DNA from: an uncultured Acidobacteriota bacterium
GTDB lineage: Bacteria; Acidobacteriota; Terriglobia; 20CM-2-55-15
NCBI GenBank assembly: GCA_963738025.1
Contig: CAVTWA010000004.1
Location: 470,042-534,041, forward strand
DNA: 64,000 bases
Reading direction: 5' to 3'
In this document: positions 27,961-36,036 of the stretch, piece by piece
How the letters are laid out: each line of letters opens with the position of its first letter
How positions within the stretch are numbered: the stretch's first letter is position 1
The notes under the pieces: generated by a model
The model's database searches: none
What the model saw: the letters and a program-made list of their open reading frames with translations, nothing else
What the model was told of the DNA's origin: nothing
Made by a program: the position numbers and the translations under genes

Positions 27961-28970
27961 CTACTGCTGGCGCAGCAGGACGGGTTCGCCGAAGTCGTCT
28001 TTCAGGTGATTCAGGTACTGATTATTCCCCTGGCAGATGTATTCGATCAGTTCGCCCGTCGCATTCCATGGAATGTCCCAGGCAACGGACCAGGGTTTGG
28101 TGTAAGCGCCCGGATCGTCGATGAGAGCTTCGTAGTGCAACGTGCCTTTGTTCGGACGCGTATAGCGTTCGACTACGTGCAGTTGCTCGGTATGCGGATG
28201 TCCGAAGTAATCGAGGGTCGTGCCTTCATTGAAGCCAACGATATCGACGACGAGCGTCTGACCGTTGTCTTCATAGTGGCCAACCGAGTGGCCCATCCAC
28301 AGATGGGAGCCGTCAAAGCTGCGAGACCCCGGATGAGGACGTCCGTCCATGTAGATCTCGCGCCAGCACATGCGTCCCGCCTTCATAAACGATGAAAATA
28401 CGCTTTTCCGACGGAATCTGGATGATCTCTGCCGGGTAGGGCGTCGCAAACATGCGCGGGCCGCCCGGAGGAGTACACATGCTTTCCGGATCGTATTTGG
28501 TTTCATTCATCGAATGATAGTTGTAGACCGCAGCAGCCCAGGGTTTGAAGGGGACCCATGGCTCGGATGGAGCTCCGCCACGCTGACCGCCGCCACCGCC
28601 TCCTCCACCGCCGCCACGCTGGGCAGCAGCGCCGGGAGCCGGAGCTGGGGCAGCAGGCGCTCCGACGACAATGTTTCTGGCGCCCATATTGGTAATGTAG
28701 GGCAGATTCCAGATTCCCTTTTCACCAGCCTCACGACCGAAATTCACGGTGCCGTCAGGCAATTTCGAGGCGGGCTGGCTCAACAGAGGGTTCGCCCCGG
28801 CCACCGCCGCGGCCACCACGGCCGCCGCCACCGCGTGCTCCACCTTCAGCACCTGCAGCGCCTGCAGCAGGCGCGGGCGCCTGTTGGCTGAGCGCAACAA
28901 GAGTCATTGCGACGAGCCAGAGAGCGCCGGCGCAAAAAACAAAAAACCGGCCAAGTAAACGCTTACGCAC
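27961..28970 (-). CDS. Secreted protein of the same conserved family as 4847-5851 (no Ig domain); frameshifts near 28794 and 28367
   Basis: AGGAGG RBS and GTG at 28970. The three frames join to give a signal peptide, a Gly/Arg linker, LPDGTVNF, CTPPGGPR, HVWREIYMDGRPHP, WMGHSVGHYE..TLVVD, HPHTEQLHVVER and EYICQGNN. Confidence 0.75.
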
Positions 28971-28982
28971 GATCAAGCCTCC

Positions 28983-29381
28983 TTACGGGTTGGTACCTTC
29001 GCTCGAAGCGGCACTCAACTTCTTGCCGTTGACAAGAATGTTGCGCGCGTTGCCACGATTCGTTCCGTCCTTCGCGCGGGTGCCTTCGATGGTGACAACC
29101 ATTCCGACTTTCATGGTGTCCCGAGTCCAGCCCTGGCGAACCAACGCGACGGGATTACCCGTTTCGAAGCCCCAGTTCTCCGTTTTACCGGTCTGGGGAT
29201 CTTTCACGTCGATGTAGAACCAGCTGTGGGGGTTCGTCCATTCAATCTTGGTTACTGTTCCAGTGAAATTTACAGGTTTTGATGCATCGAACTCTGCAGA
29301 AAATGAATGATGTGCGAGCACAGGCACTGCTGCCATAACGAGCAATACGAGGCTGGCGGCGACAACGTTCAACTTGGTCAT
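28983..29381 (-). CDS. DUF6152-family secreted protein
   Basis: Signal peptide followed by HHSFSAEFD; EWTNPHSW motif. Confidence 0.88.
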   Translation of the reverse strand: MTKLNVVAASLVLLVMAAVPVLAHHSFSAEFDASKPVNFTGTVTKIEWTNPHSWFYIDVKDPQTGKTENWGFETGNPVALVRQGWTRDTMKVGMVVTIEGTRAKDGTNRGNARNILVNGKKLSAASSEGTNP

Positions 29382-29440
29382 TTACGTATCTCCTCCGGGG
29401 AAATTTGTAATTGGGTCACTAACATATCAGATTACCGGTG

Positions 29441-29878
29441 TTACTGCATTATGCTCTTGAACTCGCCTTTTTGGCCGTTCGCGGTGACAGTGCCGCTCAG
29501 GTGCTTGTTGAAGGCGCCTATGTTCTCGAGCTTTCCGTCAAATACCAGATGGACCGGTTTGCCGGCATCATCTTTGGCATCCACTTCAAAGTGGACAAGC
29601 CATGGCTTCAAACCTTCGCTAACCGCCCCGGGATTTGGCAGCGTGACATTGAGTTTCTGCAGGGCGACGCCTTCCGGGCCAGGGCTGTACATGCCCGTGA
29701 CCTGATCTTTCTCACCTTCGTAATTGAATTCAATAAGAAGGTGGTTTTCTTTTCCCTTCACGGTCCACCAGTCGCCGCTGAAGGTACCCTTGAGCGGGTA
29801 GCCATATTGCGCGAAGGCCGGTACTACGATCGCGATAGCCGCGAGAATACAGACCGTACGCGCGAAAATTGATTGCAT
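29441..29878 (-). CDS. Secreted hypothetical beta-rich protein co-transcribed with DUF6152
   Basis: GGAGG RBS, signal peptide AFA-Q, YPLKGTFSGDW. Confidence 0.7.
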   Translation of the reverse strand: MQSIFARTVCILAAIAIVVPAFAQYGYPLKGTFSGDWWTVKGKENHLLIEFNYEGEKDQVTGMYSPGPEGVALQKLNVTLPNPGAVSEGLKPWLVHFEVDAKDDAGKPVHLVFDGKLENIGAFNKHLSGTVTANGQKGEFKSIMQ

Positions 29879-29991
29879 TAACTTCCTCCTAAAAACCCTC
29901 TGGCTTAGTCGAGTTCCGAATACTAACGCCTAAAGTCCGGCAGGACAACTGCCGATATAGCGGAGTACGCAGAACTTGGCCTGGAGGATAC

Positions 29992-30627
29992 ATGCATTCC
30001 TTTACCCTTGAAACATCGAAACTTACGCCGGCACAGACACGCTTCCATATGCTCAAAATGGAAGACACGTTTCGCGAACAGGTCCTCGCTATGGCTTCGA
30101 CTCTGGTGTCGCTGGTCGACCTTCGGGATTGTTATACGGGGGGTCACAGCACACGGGTTGCGGAATACAGCCACCGGATTGCCGTCGAGCTTGGAATGAA
30201 TGACCAGGAGACGGAAACACTGCTTCTGGCAGCTTCGCTTCACGATGTCGGCAAAATCGGTGTACCGGACCACATCCTGCTGAAACCAGGTCGGTTAACC
30301 GATGACGAGTTTGAGTACATCAAGAAACACTCCGAGTTTGGCTGGATGGTCTTGCACGGCGTTGAGGGGTTCGAGGAAGCCAGCCTCATCCTTCTTCATC
30401 ACCACGAACGTTTCGACGGTGGCGGCTATCCGGGCGAACTGTCGCACGAGCAGATTCCTTTCGGCGCCCGTATCGTTTCCGTTGCGGATACCTACGATGC
30501 CCTGACCACCAACCGTCCATACCGCAAATGCTGGGAACACAATCGTGCGGTTGACGAGATCGCCCGCTGTTCAAACACGCAGTTCGATCCCAAAGTCATC
30601 GACGCATTTCTGCGCGCGTTTGCATAA
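29992..30627 (+). CDS. Stand-alone HD-GYP domain protein (putative cyclic-dinucleotide phosphodiesterase)
   Basis: YTGGHSTRV, LHDVGKIG, HHHERFDGGGYP and ADTYDALTTNRPYR motifs. Confidence 0.92.
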   Translation: MHSFTLETSKLTPAQTRFHMLKMEDTFREQVLAMASTLVSLVDLRDCYTGGHSTRVAEYSHRIAVELGMNDQETETLLLAASLHDVGKIGVPDHILLKPGRLTDDEFEYIKKHSEFGWMVLHGVEGFEEASLILLHHHERFDGGGYPGELSHEQIPFGARIVSVADTYDALTTNRPYRKCWEHNRAVDEIARCSNTQFDPKVIDAFLRAFA

Positions 30628-30699
30628 TTCGGGGACGGTTGCCTAAATCACCTGAATTGCGCTGCAATTTAGGTGATTTAGGCAACCGTCCCCGAATTA
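30625..30699. repeat. Family-4 palindromic repeat (TAATTCGGGGACGGTTGCCTAAAT...ATTTAGGCAACCGTCCCCGAATTA)
   Basis: Near-perfect 75-bp palindrome whose two ends are the TAA stops of the convergent flanking genes. Confidence 0.9.
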
Positions 30700-33369
30700 C
30701 CTCTTTCCAGCAAGGATGAAAGGCGCCCAGTCCAGCGGGTGCGGAAACTCTTTCCGTAAGGCCTTTTGAGCCGAAGCTAAGGCCTGTTGCTTGCTGCTTC
30801 CACCACACCATTGCGAATAAAACAGCTCAAAGAATTTAACCGATGGCTCGGGCCGGATCTTCCATAACTCGAGCAACACTGAACGACACCCGGCATATAA
30901 AAGAGCTCGAAGTAAACCGAGCAATCCCTCGATATCGCCACTGACGTTCATAAACGTCTCTCCAGAACAGATGGACAGCAGATTCGTCTGCCACTGGGAC
31001 GCATAAATGTCAGGAATGGTGAACGGGTCGTCGGCAAATTCCAATCGGGAGAGAATCGGGTTGTCATGCTTCAGGGCAACGCGCGCATCGGTGTGGATGT
31101 AGTTGGCGACCACATTGTTCGCTGGTTTCGATACAGCGCGCAATGGCGTGTTATCGATAACGTCGGGGCGTTCGAGGCAGTACTTCAGAACGGAACCACT
31201 GGGTGCGTAAGAGATGTCGAACAACTCGGACAGATAATGCTCGCCATCGAAAAACGCGTGGAACGGAATGCGGTGCAATACGCCGTGCGGAACGACGATC
31301 AGACCGGACGTTTCCAACAGCGGCATGATGGGGAGTACCAATTCGCGATAGAAGTGATGCATCAACTGGTCGGCAGCGTGGCGGCGTACGGCGACGTCGG
31401 CCTCTTTGTTGGGAAACAGCGCCGAAAACCTTTCCATCTGATATTGCAGCCGGCCGGCAAAGAACTGAACACGCTTTACGGGAGTGACGTGCCGTACGGC
31501 GCGGAATTTCGAACGCGACATGACGAACGCCATGACCTCGTCGCGCACGAAAAAGTATTCGACGACGGTCGTATCGTCGGGGAGCGCTTCTTGAAGTTCC
31601 TCGAGTCGGACGCTGGATGCGACCTGAAGCGACACGTATTCGGAATCGGATTTTGAAAGCTCCGTTAATGTCCGCACCAGTTCATCTTCGCGCACCTCGA
31701 CTTGCTCGCCCTGCGGCAGGCCGGGTGTTGCAAGAAATTCCGGACGAAAACGCAGATACGAGCCATTGAGTTCTCCACGAAGTCGCTCGACCCTGGCGAT
31801 CAGCCTTTCGTCTGCTTTACTGCGGATGGATGGAAGATGGGGGGCGAGAGCATCGACAAAAATCTGCGATTTCGCCTTCTCGCTCCAGGTATATGCCCGG
31901 GCGTTCGATTCCGCAGTCTCCTCCGACGAAAGCGTGAGGTAGACGAGCGACTCGAAAACCTCCGCCTTACTTTTGTAGAAAGTTATACCGAGTTCATCGT
32001 GGTGCAGATGGGTGTGCCGCAGTTCGATTTCCCGCGCCGCCTTCTGATAGAAGGTGCTGGCGCGCGCCAGTTCACCTTCCCGTTCCGCGATCTCGGCGGA
32101 CAACGCATAGCAGGCAAACAGAAAGAGCGCGATTTTGGCTTCCTCGGCCAGCTCCTGAACGACACGCGCGTGAAGCTCCGCCTCATCGATGCGTCCTAAT
32201 CCCAGGCAGACGCGTCCCAGCAGAACCAGCGCAATAAGCCGCTTGGCCGGATATCCCAATTCCGCAAATTTCGCGTCGGCGGCACTGGCGAGCGAGTGCG
32301 CCTCCCATAAGCGGCCGATCGAGAACAGAACTTCGGCGCGATATAAATCCAGCAACGCGGTCCAGAACGAATTACCGTCCTGCTTCAGGACGGATTGCGC
32401 CTCTTTGAAGGTGGCAAGCGCGTCTCCAAATTGCCTCTTCTGTGTCAGCGCCACCGCACCAAACACAATGGCTTTGCCTTGTTCGTAGGGCATGTCCAGT
32501 TCGGCAAACGATTTTGCCGCGGCCTGCGCCAGAACCAATGCATCGTGGGGTAGCCGGAGCTGGACGTAAATCTCGGCTTCGTCCAGATCGCACAGGGCCG
32601 CATGCAAATGACTTCCGTCGTTAAGAAACATCTGGCGCGCATCGCGATACATGATGAGCGCCTGACTTAACCGGCCGGAGAGGAAGTAAACGTAAGCTTT
32701 GTTGTAGGCGGCATGAGCACGTAAATCGGACCAGTTCAGCCGTGCTGCGATTTCGTCGCACTTCCCATACATCTCCTCGGATTCGGCGAATCGATCCTGG
32801 AAGCACAGCGTGCTTCCCAAGTTCAGATAGGCCTGCGCCAGCGCCCTTTCATTGCCGATCTGATTGAAAAGTTCGGCGGCTTCGAAGTGGCATTGAACAG
32901 CGCGTTCATAATCGTCCAGCCGCTGATAGACGGCTCCGAGGTTTGTGGCGAGTTTCGCAAGCGAAGCATTGTCGCCGCCGTGACGAAAGATCTGCTCCGC
33001 TTCGGCAGCAACTGCCAGCGCTTCCCGTGACTGCCCCGTGAGGGAAAGTGAGGAGATGAACCCCAGGCGCATCCGTGCGGCGCGCTGGGTCTCGCCTGCC
33101 TGGTCGAACGCCGGGATCGCCTGCCGGTAATAGGTAATGGCTTCGACCCACTGTTCATTTGCAGTCAAGGCATAAGCCATCATGTGCCAGGCTTCGCGCA
33201 GGAACCGGGGATCACCCGACTCTTCCGCAACGGATAAGGCCGAACGGGCGGCAGCGACGCTCTCCTCGGAAAGGGCATTGCGGGGACGTCCGCCATAGAG
33301 GTTGCTCTGACGTATCCTTCCCCAAAGCTCTTCCAGGGTCCGTTCGAGAGCCGAAATACCCGTCTCCAT
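30697..33369 (-). CDS. TPR-repeat plus CHAT (caspase-HetF-like) domain protein with degenerate active site
   Basis: TPR segments (NLGAVYQRLDDYERA), then SEKAKSQ, VVEYF, IVVPHGVLHRIPFHA, LLYAGCRSVLLELW and HPLDWAPFILAG. Alternative TTG start at 33387. Confidence 0.85.
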   Translation of the reverse strand: METGISALERTLEELWGRIRQSNLYGGRPRNALSEESVAAARSALSVAEESGDPRFLREAWHMMAYALTANEQWVEAITYYRQAIPAFDQAGETQRAARMRLGFISSLSLTGQSREALAVAAEAEQIFRHGGDNASLAKLATNLGAVYQRLDDYERAVQCHFEAAELFNQIGNERALAQAYLNLGSTLCFQDRFAESEEMYGKCDEIAARLNWSDLRAHAAYNKAYVYFLSGRLSQALIMYRDARQMFLNDGSHLHAALCDLDEAEIYVQLRLPHDALVLAQAAAKSFAELDMPYEQGKAIVFGAVALTQKRQFGDALATFKEAQSVLKQDGNSFWTALLDLYRAEVLFSIGRLWEAHSLASAADAKFAELGYPAKRLIALVLLGRVCLGLGRIDEAELHARVVQELAEEAKIALFLFACYALSAEIAEREGELARASTFYQKAAREIELRHTHLHHDELGITFYKSKAEVFESLVYLTLSSEETAESNARAYTWSEKAKSQIFVDALAPHLPSIRSKADERLIARVERLRGELNGSYLRFRPEFLATPGLPQGEQVEVREDELVRTLTELSKSDSEYVSLQVASSVRLEELQEALPDDTTVVEYFFVRDEVMAFVMSRSKFRAVRHVTPVKRVQFFAGRLQYQMERFSALFPNKEADVAVRRHAADQLMHHFYRELVLPIMPLLETSGLIVVPHGVLHRIPFHAFFDGEHYLSELFDISYAPSGSVLKYCLERPDVIDNTPLRAVSKPANNVVANYIHTDARVALKHDNPILSRLEFADDPFTIPDIYASQWQTNLLSICSGETFMNVSGDIEGLLGLLRALLYAGCRSVLLELWKIRPEPSVKFFELFYSQWCGGSSKQQALASAQKALRKEFPHPLDWAPFILAGKR

Positions 33370-33517
33370 GTACAGCTTTTTCGGCAAACAGCAGTAATTC
33401 CATTATCTGGTAAAGTCGAATCGATTACTGCCGATTAAACAGAAGACGGACGCGTATAGTCCGATAGCTATTGAGTTTAGGCGTCCTAACTGAAAGGCAA
33501 TTGCAAAACCGTCCCTA

Positions 33518-33526
33518 TGCTAGAAT
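33518..33526 (+). promoter_or_regulatory. Extended -10 promoter element candidate
   Basis: TGcTAGAAT, 14 bp upstream of the ATG at 33541. Confidence 0.45.
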
Positions 33527-33540
33527 CGGCTCCAGTCACG

Positions 33541-34488
33541 ATGGAAACGCTCGAAACTACGGCTAAGGACAAGATTTTCACGCTTCGCGAATCGATCGGC
33601 ACGGTCATAAAAGGTAAGCGTGAAACCATTGATCTGGCTATCGTGGCGCTGCTTGCTGAAGGCCATTTATTGATCGAGGATGTGCCCGGAGTCGGTAAAA
33701 CGACCTTAGGACACGCGCTGGCTCGATCGCTCGATTGCGAATTCCACAGAATTCAGTTCACCAGCGACCTGCTGCCATCCGACGTGCTTGGCGTTTCGGT
33801 ATATAGCCCGAAGCAAAACGAGTTCGAATTCAAGCCCGGTCCGATCTTCGCCAACATCGTTCTGGCGGACGAAATAAATCGGACAACGCCAAAAACTCAG
33901 AGTGCCCTGCTCGAAGCCATGAACGAAGGCCAGGTCACGATCGAGAACGCGACCTACAAATTGCCGCGTCCATTCATGGTGCTGGCGACGCAAAATCCAA
34001 TCGAACATCACGGAACCTATCCGCTTCCCGAATCACAGCTCGACCGTTTCCTGATGCGAATCGAAGTTGGCTATCCCGATGCGGCTGCCGAGAAGGCAAT
34101 TCTGAAACGATATTCGAAGTCCGATCATCAACGTTCGGCCGAGCCGGTGCTCAGTCCCACCGAGGTTTTGTTCCTTCAGGACGAAAGCCGGAAAGTTCAT
34201 GTGGAAGAGGCCCTCGTCGACTACATCATCAGCCTGGTGAACCAGACCAGACGGCACGCCGAAATCGAACTGGGAGTCAGCCCGCGCGGGACCGCGGCTC
34301 TGTTTCGGGCAGCGCAATCGCTTGCGATGTTAGACGGCCGCAGCTTCGTCATTCCCGATGACATCAAAAAGCTTGTGCACCCGGTGTTTGAACACCGCCT
34401 GGCGATGGTAAGGTCAGGAACCCGGACCCATCGCGAGGCAAAAACGGTTCTGCAAGAAATCATCGATCACACCGCCGTACCCGCATAA
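33541..34488 (+). CDS. moxR: MoxR-family AAA+ ATPase
   Basis: Walker A EDVPGVGKT, RIQFTSDLLPSD, Walker B LADEINR and GTYPLPESQLDRF. Confidence 0.95.
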   Translation: METLETTAKDKIFTLRESIGTVIKGKRETIDLAIVALLAEGHLLIEDVPGVGKTTLGHALARSLDCEFHRIQFTSDLLPSDVLGVSVYSPKQNEFEFKPGPIFANIVLADEINRTTPKTQSALLEAMNEGQVTIENATYKLPRPFMVLATQNPIEHHGTYPLPESQLDRFLMRIEVGYPDAAAEKAILKRYSKSDHQRSAEPVLSPTEVLFLQDESRKVHVEEALVDYIISLVNQTRRHAEIELGVSPRGTAALFRAAQSLAMLDGRSFVIPDDIKKLVHPVFEHRLAMVRSGTRTHREAKTVLQEIIDHTAVPA

Positions 34489-34496
34489 AGCGCGTC

Positions 34497-35651
34497 ATGT
34501 GGAAGAATTTCATGACGGCAATCGGCCTGCTCGCGATCGCCCTTCTCTCTGCTCTCTATTCCTCCAGCGCAGGCCGTGACGGGCGAGTTGCCGCGGCGGC
34601 AATCTCCGGATTTCTCGCGCTCGGCATTGCCATTCTGGTTGGCATCCGGTTGGTTCCACGTCTGGCATCGAACGTCGATTGGGAATGGCTGCCATTCTTT
34701 TCCCGGTATCACGTGACACGTGAAGGATGGATCTATTTTGGAGCCATCGTCGTTGTCGTCTTTGCAGCGATCAATACGGCTAATAACCTTCTGTACATGG
34801 TGTTATCCGCGTTATTGGCGGTCCTCCTGCTTTCAGGTTTCCTGTCCGGGCTTAATTTCCGTTTTCTTCGGGTTTTAGTCCGAGTCCCGTCGCATTGCTT
34901 CGCGCGGGAACCGTTCCCTATATCGATTCAGATCAATAACGACAAGCGCGTCTTCCCGAGTTTTTCGCTTCAGTTTGAGCCCGCCGAAAGCAGCACCTTC
35001 CGGTTTTCAACCTTTTATGTCCCGGTGGTGCGAAGCCTTGGCAATACGCAGCAGACAGGACAGGCGATGCTGGCAAAGCGCGGCAGGTTTACGATGAGCG
35101 AGGTGCAAGCGTCATCGCGCTTTCCGTTCGGTTTCTTTCGGAAAGATCGGACATACCCCGCAGAGGCCGGTTGTATTTGTTACCCAGAAATTATTCCGCT
35201 CGAAAAGATGGATATTTCCGTGGTCGACCTGCAGGGCGAAAACCAGCGATTTGAACGAGGGCTTGGGCAGGATCTGTACATGATTCGCGACTACCTCCCG
35301 TCCGACAGCGCGCGTCACGTTCATTGGAAAGCATCGGCCAAAACGTCGACGCTCAAAACAAGAGAATACGCTGCCGAAGAAAGCAGAAGTGTGCTCCTGA
35401 CCTTCGACCGGTATGGACATCCGGGCGATGCCGAACGGTTCGAGAAACTCGTATCGTTCAGCGCGTCGCTCGCATATCACCTGATCAACAGTGGGGTGGA
35501 AGTTTCGTTGTCTTCCGATGAATGGCACAGCGGTCAGGGCGATGCCAAAGCGGTGCGGGATTCCATTCTGGAATATCTGGCGCTGGTCCAGATGTCTGGC
35601 CGTGCAGCCGCACCACATGAAGAAGGAGTGAGATTGTCGATCAGAGGGTGA
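34497..35651 (+). CDS. DUF58 domain membrane protein
   Basis: AAINTANNLLY, SRFPFGFF and IRDYLPSDSARHVHWKASAK motifs. Confidence 0.9.
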   Translation: MWKNFMTAIGLLAIALLSALYSSSAGRDGRVAAAAISGFLALGIAILVGIRLVPRLASNVDWEWLPFFSRYHVTREGWIYFGAIVVVVFAAINTANNLLYMVLSALLAVLLLSGFLSGLNFRFLRVLVRVPSHCFAREPFPISIQINNDKRVFPSFSLQFEPAESSTFRFSTFYVPVVRSLGNTQQTGQAMLAKRGRFTMSEVQASSRFPFGFFRKDRTYPAEAGCICYPEIIPLEKMDISVVDLQGENQRFERGLGQDLYMIRDYLPSDSARHVHWKASAKTSTLKTREYAAEESRSVLLTFDRYGHPGDAERFEKLVSFSASLAYHLINSGVEVSLSSDEWHSGQGDAKAVRDSILEYLALVQMSGRAAAPHEEGVRLSIRG

Positions 35652-35669
35652 AGCAGGAAGGAATTGAAC

Positions 35670-36025
35670 GCGCGGTCTATGACCATACGTGTGCAAGACG
35701 GGATGGACGGGGAGCTGCAAAGTGGCGCCTTGTATAGGTTTGAATGTAGTGGATGGGATGGAAACCTGGGACCAGTCCCCGCCTGAGTTAGGCGGGGTGC
35801 CTTCGCGCAGCGAAGGCGGGGCGGTCTGTTCAAAGACGCGAAGCGACCTTATGGATTTCCGCGAAGCGCTCAATATTAATCGGTGCGCTTCGCGAATATC
35901 TGAAAGGACGCTTCGCGACTTTGAACAGACCGCCCCAGCCTCGCTGCGCGAGGGCATCCCCGCCTTACTAAGGCGGGGACTGGGGACACGCTAACCCAGC
36001 GCGCGGTCAGAGACCGCGCCTACAG
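35670..36025 (-). mobile_element. Most complete composite element: REP, linker, cruciform core (35775-35980), short linker, REP
   Basis: gcgcggtctatgacc ... cruciform ... gcgcggtcagagaccgcgcctacag; lies inside the moxR operon. Confidence 0.8.
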
Positions 36026-36036
36026 CAGCAACTCGC

